From assembly GCA_963801815.1 (NCBI GenBank), contig CAWDGJ010000003.1, forward strand, positions 448,001 through 512,000: a stretch of 64,000 nt of DNA, read 5' to 3'. Source of the stretch: an uncultured Verrucomicrobiae bacterium (GTDB taxonomy: Bacteria; Verrucomicrobiota; Verrucomicrobiia; Chthoniobacterales; UBA10450). How positions within the stretch are numbered: the first letter of the stretch is position 1; each line of letters opens with the position of its first letter. The position numbers and the translations under genes were made by a program. Shown piece after piece: positions 24,487 to 34,448 of the stretch. Below the pieces are notes generated by a model. The model was not told where the DNA came from and made no database searches. It worked only from the letters and a program-made list of their open reading frames with translations.

Positions 24487-26680
24487 CGTTGAGCTGCCAT
24501 TTCCTGACATTTTCTCAAGTCGAGTTTGCCTGAAGCCATGACTGGAATTGAATCGACTCGGTAGACCTTCTTCGGAATCCACAAATTTGGAACGCCGGCC
24601 TGACGAAGCTTGTCTCGCAATTCAGCGAGATCGACATCGATGGCGTTCAACAGTACCAGCGCCTCCCCTTTGGCTGCGTCCTGCACGCCCATAATCGCGA
24701 TCAGTCGTTCGTCTTTTCCAGCCAGGCCGAGAAGCTCGATGATCTTGTACTCGATCGATTCGTGCGGGACCATTTCGCCACCGATCTTCGAAAAACGCGA
24801 AAGACGTCCTTCGATGTAGAGAAATCCGTCCTCGTCAAACCGGCCGATGTCGCCCGTTTTCAGCCAGCCATCATGCAGAACTTCTGCAGTGCGTTTTTCA
24901 TCGTGAAGGTAGCCTTCGAAAATGTTGACTCCGCAGAACCAGACCATGCCGGTTTCGTGAAGCGAGAGCCTTTGGTCGGTCTCGGGATTCCGGATTTCGG
25001 CGGCGATACCAGGCGCCATTTTTCCGACGGAACCCAAGCGACTGGAGGGTTGCACTTGTTCACCGCGCTTTGGTTGGGGCTCAGGCAAATTGACGCTCAC
25101 TACCGGGGATGTTTCGGTTAGTCCGTAGCCTTCGAAAACCCGCTGTTGGAATCGCTCCTCGAACGCTTTCGCGAGGTCGAGTGGAAGTTTTTCCGCTCCG
25201 GTGATCACGAGCCGAAGGCTACAGAGTTGATGCGGCTCGGCTTTTCGCAAGTAACCGCGCAAGAAAGTCGGCGTCGCCAGAAGCAATGTCAGTTTGTATT
25301 TCTCGATGAGGGCCGCGTTTTTTGTGACCTCCAGCGGATTGGGATAGGTGACAATGGGGACGCCTTCGATCAATGGATACCAAAGAGTGACGGTGGCGCC
25401 GAAACTGTGGAAGAACGGAAGCGACGCGAGAATCGCTCGTCAGATTTCGTGAGATCCAGCAGCTCACAGAACTGGGAGACGTTACCGACAATGTTCCGGT
25501 GACTGAGGACAGCGCCTTTGGGGTCGCCGGTGCTGCCACTGGTGAACAGCAGACTCGCCTCGGCGTGGCCGCCAGCCTTGGGAATTTGTAACATCCGCAA
25601 GAGAAGCCGGGTCGGACAGAAGATCGACATCATCCACCAAAAAAAGATGTGCGGTTTCAGTCGCGGCATGAGTTCGTCCAATTTCAAAACAGTTTGGGGC
25701 CACGGAAAATCCTTCAAGCGTTCCGTGAACGCGGTCGCAGTAATCGCGACGCTAAGCTCCGCACGCTGGCAACAGAATTCATTCGCGGCGCGGCCCATCG
25801 TGAAATTCAGATCCACTGGGACTTTGCCGGCTAGCGTCACGGCCAGATTTGCAACCATGGAACCTTTGCTGGCCGGCAGAACGATCGCGATCCGTCGATC
25901 GGAAAATCGTTTTCGCAAGAAACGGCTTAAGGCGGCGGCAGCGCCCAGAAGTTTTGCGCGGCTCAGCTCACTGTGGTCCAGGCCATCAATTACCGCGGTG
26001 CCGAAACGCTTCCGTTTCAAACCGCGCACGCACGCTTCGCCGAGATGCCGGTCCAGTGAAGGCCGCCGGCTGTAACAGAATTCGCCAAGCTTGAGGAGTT
26101 CTTCGCGGACCGTGGCAATGTCGGCGGCAGCTGGTTCCAGCGGCTTACCAAACGCGACACTGACGCGATAAGGAATTTCCTTTGGCCATTTGGTGAAGAA
26201 CTTTCCGCCTTGAAATGAAAAGATTGAGCCCCAAAGCCGGTCCAGCCAGACCGGAACTACTGGAGCGTTTGCGTGTTGTGCAATCAATTCGTAGCCGCGC
26301 CTGAGCCGTAACAATGTGCCAGATCGCGTGAGTTGACCTTCGGGAAAGAGGCAGACGACCTCGCCGGCCGCTAGTCTTTCGGCCGCAGCTCGGATGGCGG
26401 AACGTGAATGGCGAGTGTCTATTGGAATGCAGCCAACCGTTTGCAGTAACGGCCGCAGCAACGGCTTGCGGTAAAATTCCTGGTCGATCACGTAGCGGAT
26501 CGGGCGAGGGCATGCGAGCTGGAGGACAATGGCATCGATCCAGGTGATGTGATTCGGCAGAAGTAAGTAGCCGCCGGGCGGCAACTTATCCGTGCCATGC
26601 GCGCTCACCCGGTAAAAGCAGCGGAAAAGCGCTCGACCGAAGAAATAAAGCATGCGCTGGGCGCTGGAGGTTGAAGCCAT
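24465..26680 (-). CDS. aas: Aas-like lysophospholipid acyltransferase/acyl-ACP synthetase, frameshifted near 25380-25440
   Basis: PNHITWID, FPEGQLT; AMP-binding FTSGSTGDPKG, EGYGLTE, TGDIG, SRFSKIGGEMV. Confidence 0.85.
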
Positions 26681-26731
26681 CGTTTATGATTTACAATCAG
26701 CCTGTGCTCGTCTGCAATCGGCAACTCTCGA

Positions 26732-27998
26732 ATGGAAAATAGTGGTCGTTCCTCCTCAGGTGCGAAGATAGCGCTTGGCCTACTGCTGACGATTAACCTT
26801 TTTAACTACATCGATCGTCAAGTACTGGCCGCCGTGGAGCCTGAAATCCGATCGAGTTTTTTCGCCCCGGGCGACGTCAACGCGATGACCAAGACGGGTT
26901 TATTGGGAACAGCGTTCTTGGTCACCTACATGTTGAGTGCGCCTGTGCTAGGCTTTCTGGCCGACCGCATGTCACGTTGGGTGATTGTTGGATCGGCTGT
27001 GATCCTGTGGAGCCTTGCAAGTGGCGGCACCGGTCTCGCCGCGACTTTTGGAATTCTTTTTGCCACGCGAGTCTGTGTCGGAATCGGCGAAGGAGGTTAT
27101 GGTCCGGCGGCGCCAACGATTTTGGCCGACCTTTACCCGATCGAAACGCGGGGCCGCGTGATGGCCATTTTTTGTGCTGCGATTCCGGTCGGGAGTGCGC
27201 TCGGGTATGTCATTGGCGGTTTGGTTGGCTCGCATCTGGGATGGCGCTGGGCATTTTATATGGTCGCGCCTCCCGGAATACTTCTCGGGTTGCTCTGCTT
27301 TTGGCAGCTCGACCCGCGGGTCGCATCACATCATCTCATGCAACGAGTGCCTCGCCGCGGGCTCGCCGATTATTTGAAACTTTTCCGCACGCGCTCATAT
27401 CTGATCAATTGCATCGCTCAAACGTTGATGACCTTCGCTGCCGGCGGTTTGGGCTATTGGGTTTCGGAGTACTCTGAGCTTCCGCAATCAAAGTCCGGCT
27501 GCGGGCAGGACGATTTTTGGATTAATCACCGTCGTCGCAGGTTTGAGTTCGACAATCATCGGAGGAATTGTCGCTGACAAACTCCGGCCGCGATTCCCCG
27601 CTTCCTATTTTTGGGTTTCTGGAATTGGAATGCTGATCGCGTGTCCGTTTTTTGTCGCGAGTCTCTACGTTCCGTTTCCCGCGGCCTGGGTTCCGATGTT
27701 CCTGGCGATTTTCCTGCTTTTCTTGAACACTGGCCCGTCAAACACCGCGTTGGCAAATGTTTCATTGCCCGCAGTGCGCGCAACCGCGTTCGCAGTGAAT
27801 ATTCTCGTCATCCACGCGCTGGGAGACGTGCAGGCGTTCTGGCTCCTCGGCTACATTGGCGGTCACGCGAATATCCGGATCGCTTTCTTATTTGTCTCCG
27901 CGATTATTCTGGCTTCCGGCATTGCCTGGATTATCGGAGCGAAATATTTGCCGGAAGACACTGCGCGTGTCGAAGCAGCGACGGTGCGGTCTCCCTAG
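26732..27998 (+). CDS. Spinster-like MFS transporter, frameshifted near 27470-27540
   Basis: INLFNYIDR, GFLADRMSR, VGIGEGGYGPAAPTILADLYP, FCAAIPVGSALGY, HALGD. Confidence 0.8.
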
Positions 27999-29815
27999 TG
28001 TCCCACGGTTGTGCCGAGATGAACGTCGTAGGCTCGAGCTTGCGATAACGCGTTGGCCGCCTGATCCACGTGGCCGGCTTTCGTTTCCAGCTCGCTTAGC
28101 AATTGCCAACTTTCTGCGCGATACGGTTGGGTTTGGAGACAACTGAGTAATTCGTTGATCGCCGCGCTTGTTGCGCCGGTTTGATCCAGCACCTGAATAT
28201 AGGCTTTCTCGATCGACCAATTCGGCGGACCTGTTCGCGAAGCGAGGCGCATTTGCATCAGGTCGACTTTCCCCGTTTCCTGATGGTCCAAAACGGCCAG
28301 AAGTTGATGGGCCTGCGCGTCGACTACCGGCATCTGGGTGGCGCGAGTGAGAAGCTCTCGCGCGAGTTTGAAATCGTTTTGTTTTAAAGCCACCGCGCCA
28401 AGGTTGATGATCGCGAAAGGCTGATTCGGCTTTTTTTGCAGCGCCGCGTGCAGATGCGCGGCGGCATCTTCGAGCTTTCCTTCGCTCAACTCCAATCCGG
28501 CCAGGTTGATGAGCATTCGGGCCGAATCGCCGCCATGCCTGATGGTGCGCTCCAGAAACGTACGCTGGTCCTTCCAATCAAGTGTTCGGACAAACGTGCG
28601 ACCGCCGAGAAATGCCATCCACAGGGCGATCAGCGCCGCAGCCGACGCCACTGCCCACCGTTGGGCTTGCAGTGGCCGCGTCAATGATGTGAGTTCGATC
28701 GCTATCGCCAGAAACAGAAAAGCGCTTGGCAAATAAATCCAGTGCTCCGCCGCGGTTGCATTCAATGCAACGACCCCGCTCACCGGCAAGTAACAGATAA
28801 GCGCAAACAACAGGCACACGAACGCTGCCGGATTGCGTTTACGAGCGCGCAGCAGCCAGATCAAGAAGGCAACGATCAAAACGAGGCCGAGGAGGGTTTG
28901 CAGTTCGCGCCACGCAGCCTGCGCGAGGCTCGCCTCGCTGAATCCGCTAGGCTGAGTTTCCACATCGCGATCCATGTGCAGGTTCAGAGGAAACACGATC
29001 AGACCCGCGTATTCGGCCACGGCACGCGCGACGATGATCGGTCGGACCAGCAGGGGCGGTGGAGGTGTTAACTGGGGCGCGGGTTGATGTTCTGCCCCAA
29101 GGCGAGAAATGAAGTAAATCGTGGCGACAAAAGCGCCCATCGCGATCGTTTTCCAAAGCTCTCCCCAATTTTTCAAGACGAGGACGAGAAGAATTCCGAG
29201 GATCGGAAAAATCAGACCGCCTTCCTTGCTGAATGCGCTCAGGAGAAAAACGGCGCCGCTTCCAATCAAAAGCAATAACTTTAATGCGCCAGTGAGCCGA
29301 AGGCTTCGGCAAAGCAAAAATAAGCCGGTGAACCCAAAGGCCGCGGCGAGGGGATCGGCTCGACCTGAAATGTAAACGACTGCCGCACTTTGTACGGGAT
29401 GAATTGCCCAGATAAGTGTCGCTACCAGAGCGACCAGACTGCTCCTGCGCCGCTCGATGCCAAAGTTGAATAACAATTCCTGGGCAAACAACAAAAGCGC
29501 GATAGCAGCTATGGCATGCCAAAGAACGCTCGTTGCGTGGTAAAGTGCGGGCTGAAATCCCACCAGGGCGTAATCCAACGTATAACTCAATCGTTGCAAC
29601 GGACGGTAGAAATCTGAGGCAGTTGCGTCGATAAAAAGGAAATGGTTGAAGCTTTCAGGAATCAGGCGCCAGCTCCGGATCAACGGATCTCGCAGAATCA
29701 ACGCGGTGTCGTCCCAAACAAAACCGTTGCGCACGGCCGGTGCATAGCTAACGAAAACAGCGGCGAGCAGGATTAGAACAGCCCAGATTTTTTTCACGAC
29801 AAACGAGGACATCAA
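27995..29815 (-). CDS. TMTC-like GT-C glycosyltransferase with C-terminal TPRs
   Basis: FVWDD, FYRPL, AIHPVQSAAVVYISGRAD, SKE, AEHWIYLPS, TPR tail. Confidence 0.8.
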   Translation of the reverse strand: MMSSFVVKKIWAVLILLAAVFVSYAPAVRNGFVWDDTALILRDPLIRSWRLIPESFNHFLFIDATASDFYRPLQRLSYTLDYALVGFQPALYHATSVLWHAIAAIALLLFAQELLFNFGIERRRSSLVALVATLIWAIHPVQSAAVVYISGRADPLAAAFGFTGLFLLCRSLRLTGALKLLLLIGSGAVFLLSAFSKEGGLIFPILGILLVLVLKNWGELWKTIAMGAFVATIYFISRLGAEHQPAPQLTPPPPLLVRPIIVARAVAEYAGLIVFPLNLHMDRDVETQPSGFSEASLAQAAWRELQTLLGLVLIVAFLIWLLRARKRNPAAFVCLLFALICYLPVSGVVALNATAAEHWIYLPSAFLFLAIAIELTSLTRPLQAQRWAVASAAALIALWMAFLGGRTFVRTLDWKDQRTFLERTIRHGGDSARMLINLAGLELSEGKLEDAAAHLHAALQKKPNQPFAIINLGAVALKQNDFKLARELLTRATQMPVVDAQAHQLLAVLDHQETGKVDLMQMRLASRTGPPNWSIEKAYIQVLDQTGATSAAINELLSCLQTQPYRAESWQLLSELETKAGHVDQAANALSQARAYDVHLGTTVGH

Positions 29816-29833
29816 TAATCTGGCCGTCTACAA

Positions 29834-30598
29834 TTGCGAATGTTTATGTCGATCTCACGTGCAGGACTAATCTGGGGGATGGTTGCCATCGGAAGCACTG
29901 CTTATGCCGACGGCGTGCCCTCGGATTGCTCGCAGCTGATCGTAGCAATCGCGCCGGACGGGAATTCGATGCATGGCAAGCTGCAACGCTTCGAGCGCGC
30001 AAAGGACAACTGGAACACAGTCAGCGCACCGATTCCGGTTTTGTTCGGTAAGAACGGCCTCGCCTGGGGCAGCGGTCTCGCGGGCCAAAATGAACCCGGC
30101 TTGCACAAGAAGGAGCGAGACGGCCGCGCACCCGCCGGGGTTTTCGCGATCGGCGAAGTTTTCGGATACGAACCCAAGCTGCCTTCGGGCGGCGATTATC
30201 CCTACCATCAGGTGACTGAGGCCGATATCTGGAGCGACGATCCGCGCTCACCTAATTACAATCGCCACGTCGTGATCGATCCAAAAAGCCCTCCTGACAA
30301 TTATAGTCACGAAAAGATGCGGTCGGGAGATTTCGCGTATCATTGGCTGGTCGAAATCCGGCACAATTCCGATCCGCCAGTTCCCGGAGAAGGGAGCGCG
30401 ATCTTTTTTCATATTCGCCGCGGAGTGAACCACCCGACAACCGGCTGCACCACGATGGCGCAACCCGAATTGGAGAAAATGATTACGTGGCTGCGTGCAG
30501 CAAAACATCCCTGCTATGTCCTGCTGTCCGCGGACGAATACGAGAAGAAGTGGCGAAGTTGGAATATGCCGGCCCCTGAAAGAACACAGCTGAAGTAA
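29834..30598 (+). CDS. L,D-transpeptidase (YkuD-like) family protein
   Basis: KKERDGRAPAG, GSAIFFH...TTGCT His/Cys motif; signal peptide. Confidence 0.8.
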   Translation: MRMFMSISRAGLIWGMVAIGSTAYADGVPSDCSQLIVAIAPDGNSMHGKLQRFERAKDNWNTVSAPIPVLFGKNGLAWGSGLAGQNEPGLHKKERDGRAPAGVFAIGEVFGYEPKLPSGGDYPYHQVTEADIWSDDPRSPNYNRHVVIDPKSPPDNYSHEKMRSGDFAYHWLVEIRHNSDPPVPGEGSAIFFHIRRGVNHPTTGCTTMAQPELEKMITWLRAAKHPCYVLLSADEYEKKWRSWNMPAPERTQLK

Positions 30599-30656
30599 CA
30601 AAAAAACCGCGACTCATTGATTCTCTCGTTGTTTGACGTAGTTGTTAGGCAGACCC

Positions 30657-30914
30657 ATGCGAAGACGATCAAATCCAGATTCGGAACCAAATATCCGCCG
30701 CATTGATACCAAGACGCGCGCGAAAAAGCAGACGCACGGTTTCCAGGTGCATTTTTTGCGTGGAAAAAATGCTGTCACCAGAATGTTCAGCGACTCGCTT
30801 TGCGGCGGAAAAGAAGGAGCGCGAAGGGCAGCGCGAAAATTCAAAAAGAGAGCGATAGGCCGCGCGGGTAAACGCGGATCACAATCGAAATCTCGGCGCC
30901 GACGCCGGCGCTAA
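30657..30914 (+). CDS. Small basic AP2-domain-like DNA-binding protein
   Basis: NIRRID..THGFQVHFLR...RMFSD..GGKEGARRAA pattern; Arg-rich tail. Confidence 0.55.
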   Translation: MRRRSNPDSEPNIRRIDTKTRAKKQTHGFQVHFLRGKNAVTRMFSDSLCGGKEGARRAARKFKKRAIGRAGKRGSQSKSRRRRRR

Positions 30915-32248
30915 TTGTTTTTTCCGCGCGAGACTTTCCAACATTCCAGGAATGCCGGCGCAAATTCTCGCGGCCGGGCCTTAGTCCATTCATCGACAAG
31001 CTCGGGTGAAAAGAACTTGCCGGCTTCAATTTCGGTCGCGTTTGGCCGCAGTTGGCCGTCGTAAAGTCCGTGGTACAGACAAACAAATTCCTGATCGGTC
31101 TGTTTAGAGGCCGGCAGTTTCGCGATTTTTCGTAAGGGGGTTTCGATACCAAGCTCTTCCCGCAGCTCGCGGTTTGCTGTCTGATCGTATTCTTCTCCAG
31201 CGTTTACATGCCCGGCGGCGCTCGAATCCCACATCAGAGGGTGCCGGTCCTTCAATCGGGACCGTAATTGGAGAAAGACCTCGCCGGGGGAGTTGAAAAT
31301 GAGCACGTGAACTGCCCTGTGGAGCAAGTTATTCGCATGCACCTGGCTCCTCGGAGCAGCTCCTTTGGGACAGTCGTCTTCATCGACCACCTGAAACTGT
31401 TCTTCAGGGGGGCTGGCGTTACTTGCTGGTGTGATGGGCGTGATTCGATTCGTTAGCGCTATCCAGTCTTCTAACGAGAGTTCTTCCGCTCGCGCACGCG
31501 GATTTAAGTCAAGCTCGGCGGCAATCGTTTCCCAAGCTGGCGTTTCTTCGCGAATCAGTTTGCCAAGTTGCTTTCGTCGTTGCGAGAAACCGCGACGGAC
31601 AAGGCGCTCGAAAATCTGGTGATTACAGGCTGACAATTCATTTTGGGTGCGTGGCAGGATGCGAACAACAGCAGAGTCCACGTCAGGCTTGGGCAAGAAG
31701 ACGCTGGCGGGAATTGTTCGCAGATATTCAACTCGATACCGGAGCTGAACTTGCAAAGTGAGTGCTCCGTAGTCGCGTGTCGCGGGAGCGGCGCTCAGGC
31801 GTTTCGCCAGCTCCTTCTGTAACATCAACACCCACAGCGAGATAGGACTTGGATATTCCAGGAACCTAACGAGGAGCTGACTGGAAATGTAATATGGAAG
31901 ATTTCCAAGAAGTTTCACTCGCGGTTTCGTGAACAACAATCGCAAATCAAATTCCAGCGCGTCGCCGTGCACGATTTCGACTTTTCCGTGCGCAAACTTC
32001 TCTCGCAAAAACTTCACTAGCCGTTCGTCTTTCTCGATCGCGAGGACGCGCGCGCCTTTGGCGAGGATGATTTCGGTCAACGCGCCGAGCCCCGGTCCAA
32101 TCTCAACGACGAAGTCCTCCGCGCCGATTTCGGCTTGCTCGACAATCCAGCGAGCCAGATTTTGATCGTGCAAAAAGTTTTGGCCGAGGCTCCTTACGGG
32201 AGAAACACCGATTTCCCGCAGAGTCGTGGTTATTTCGGACAACTTCAT
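30911..32248 (-). CDS. rsmA: 16S rRNA dimethyltransferase fused to C-terminal NUDIX (Idi/YfcD-like) domain
   Basis: LGQNFL, VEIGPGLG, GNLPYYIS, RAEELS; HRAVHV...GHVNAGE...RELREELGI. Confidence 0.9.
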   Translation of the reverse strand: MKLSEITTTLREIGVSPVRSLGQNFLHDQNLARWIVEQAEIGAEDFVVEIGPGLGALTEIILAKGARVLAIEKDERLVKFLREKFAHGKVEIVHGDALEFDLRLLFTKPRVKLLGNLPYYISSQLLVRFLEYPSPISLWVLMLQKELAKRLSAAPATRDYGALTLQVQLRYRVEYLRTIPASVFLPKPDVDSAVVRILPRTQNELSACNHQIFERLVRRGFSQRRKQLGKLIREETPAWETIAAELDLNPRARAEELSLEDWIALTNRITPITPASNASPPEEQFQVVDEDDCPKGAAPRSQVHANNLLHRAVHVLIFNSPGEVFLQLRSRLKDRHPLMWDSSAAGHVNAGEEYDQTANRELREELGIETPLRKIAKLPASKQTDQEFVCLYHGLYDGQLRPNATEIEAGKFFSPELVDEWTKARPREFAPAFLECWKVSRGKNN

Positions 32249-32291
32249 CAAGATCGACAACTTAGGTCGCGAAGGACCGAAAATTAAGTCC

Positions 32292-32355
32292 TTATTCACA
32301 AAACCGTGTGAATAAAACCGCCCCCAGACGCCGTTTTATTCACAAGTTATTCAAC
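32292..32355. promoter_or_regulatory. Cluster of DnaA-box-like 9-mers
   Basis: TTATTCACA at 32292-32300 and 32336-32344, reverse at 32307-32315, 7/9 match at 32347-32355; consensus TTWTNCACA. Confidence 0.65.
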
Positions 32356-32455
32356 CCCGTAGCCTAGGCCTGCCGGCCATAGGGCTATCGGGCCGTCCGG
32401 CGGCGAAATTGGGAAAGAGATTGCGCAATCGGCGATCTAAAACCATAAACTTTGC

Positions 32456-34448
32456 ATGAGTTTGAACATCGAAGCTCTCTCGCGGGCGGCAACGGAAGCG
32501 CGCGGCTTGTGCATGGACGCGGTGCAAGCGTCGCAATCCGGCCATCTTGGGCTTCCCGCTCGGCTGCGCCGAGATGGGCGCTGTGCTTTACGGCTACGCT
32601 CTAAGACATAACCCGGATAAGCCGCGCTGGATCGGACGCGACTATTTCGTTCTCTCGGCCGGCCACGGCTCGCATGTTCCTTTACGCCTGGCTGCACATG
32701 AGCGGCTACGATTTGCCGATGTCGGAAATCAAACGTTTCCGGCAATTGCATTCTAAAACGCCAGGACATCCGGAATTTTTTGAAACGCCGGGAGTTGAAT
32801 GCACGACCGGGCCGCTCGGCCAGGGCGTCGGCAACGCAGTCGGTATTGCCGTCGCGATGAAAATGGCAGCGGCGCGCTTCAACACCACCGAACACCGCAT
32901 TTTCGATCAGCACTGCATCTGTCTCGCGGGCGACGGTTGCTTGCAGGAAGGCGTCTCCGCGGAGGCGAGCGCGTTCGCCGGTCATTTCGGTCTCGATAAC
33001 CTGATTCTCATCTACGACTCCAACGCCGTCACCCTCGACGCACCGGCGACGGCGACGCAGAGCGAAGACACAGCAATGCGCTTCAAAGCCTACGGATTCG
33101 ACGTTCAGGAAATCAACGGTCAGGACATGCAGGCGTTCCTGGACGCACTGAACAACGCCAAGGAGAACAACAACGGCAAACCGAAGCTTATCGTCGCACA
33201 CACATTGATCGGGAAGGGGATCCCGGAGGTCGCGGGAACTTACAAAGCGCATGGTGAAGCGGGCGCGAAGTTCGTCGATGCCGCGCGCAAGGCCCTTGGT
33301 CTCCCGGCCGAACATTACTACGTCTCGAAAGAGACCTACGCGTATTTCGCAGAGCACAAAAAGAAATTGCTCGCCGAATACGATCGCTGGGAAAAAGACT
33401 ATAACGATTGGCGTAAGAAAAATTCAGAGCTCGCCCGGGTTCTGGAGGATGGGGTCGAGAGAAAGGTTCCGACCGATCTGTTGTCGACGATTCCGAAGTT
33501 TCCGCACGACGCGAAGCTCGCCACTCGCAAAGCTGGTAGCGAAGTGCTTGCAGCCGCTTGCGCAAAGAAATGCCTCTCCTGATCAGCGGCAGCGCCGATC
33601 TTTACGGCTCGACGATGAATTACATCAATGACGGCGGCGATTTCACGCGAAATACGCCCGAACGGCCGCAATATCCGTTTCGGCATTCGTGAGCACGGCA
33701 TGTGCGCGATCATGAACGGCATTTCCTATCACGGAATTTTTCGCGCGTCTGGTGCGACGTTCCTGGTGTTCACCGATTATTGTCGCGCTTCCATTCGCCT
33801 CGCCGCCCTTTCCAAGCTTGCCTAACATCTACATGTTCACGCACGACTCCATTGGCGTCGGGGAAGACGGCCCGACTCATCAACCAGTCGAGACAGTGAG
33901 CAGCGTGCGCGTGATGCCACAAATCGACGTCATCCGTCCGGCTGATCCGGAAGAAACCGCGGGCGCGTTTGCGGCGGCGATGGAGCGCATCGATGGACCG
34001 ACGTTGCTTGCACTGACGCGCCAGACGGTTCCGATTTTAAATGATGTCGATGTTCAGTTACGGCGGGACGGCGTGCTGCGCGGTGGTTACATCGCGAAAA
34101 AGGAAAAAGGGAAGCTCGACCTCATCATCATGTCGTGTGGGAGCGAATTGCAACATGCGCTCGCAGCGGCAAAGGAATTGGGTGATGGCACTCGCGTTAT
34201 TTCAATGCCGTGTTTCGAGCGATTCAAGCGCCAGCCGGAAAAGTATCGCGAAGAAGTTCTGCCAAATTCATGTCGCAAACGCGTTGCGATCGAAGCCGGC
34301 GTGCCCGACACCTGGTACGCAGTTTGTCGGGCTGGATGGCAAAGTAGTTGGGCTGCATCGCTTCGGCATGAGCGCGCCCGGCGCTGAAGTGATGAAAGAA
34401 TTCGGGATCGACGCGAATCACGTCGTGGAGGCTGCGAAGTCGCTCTAA
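32456..34448 (+). CDS. tkt: Transketolase, multiple frameshifts
   Basis: [58 protein letters not shown]. Confidence 0.95.

Noticed and set aside
19904..30600. Genomic island integrated at the tRNA
   Set aside because: No integrase, no duplicated tRNA 3' end noticed, and the downstream genes look like resident envelope/lipid genes.
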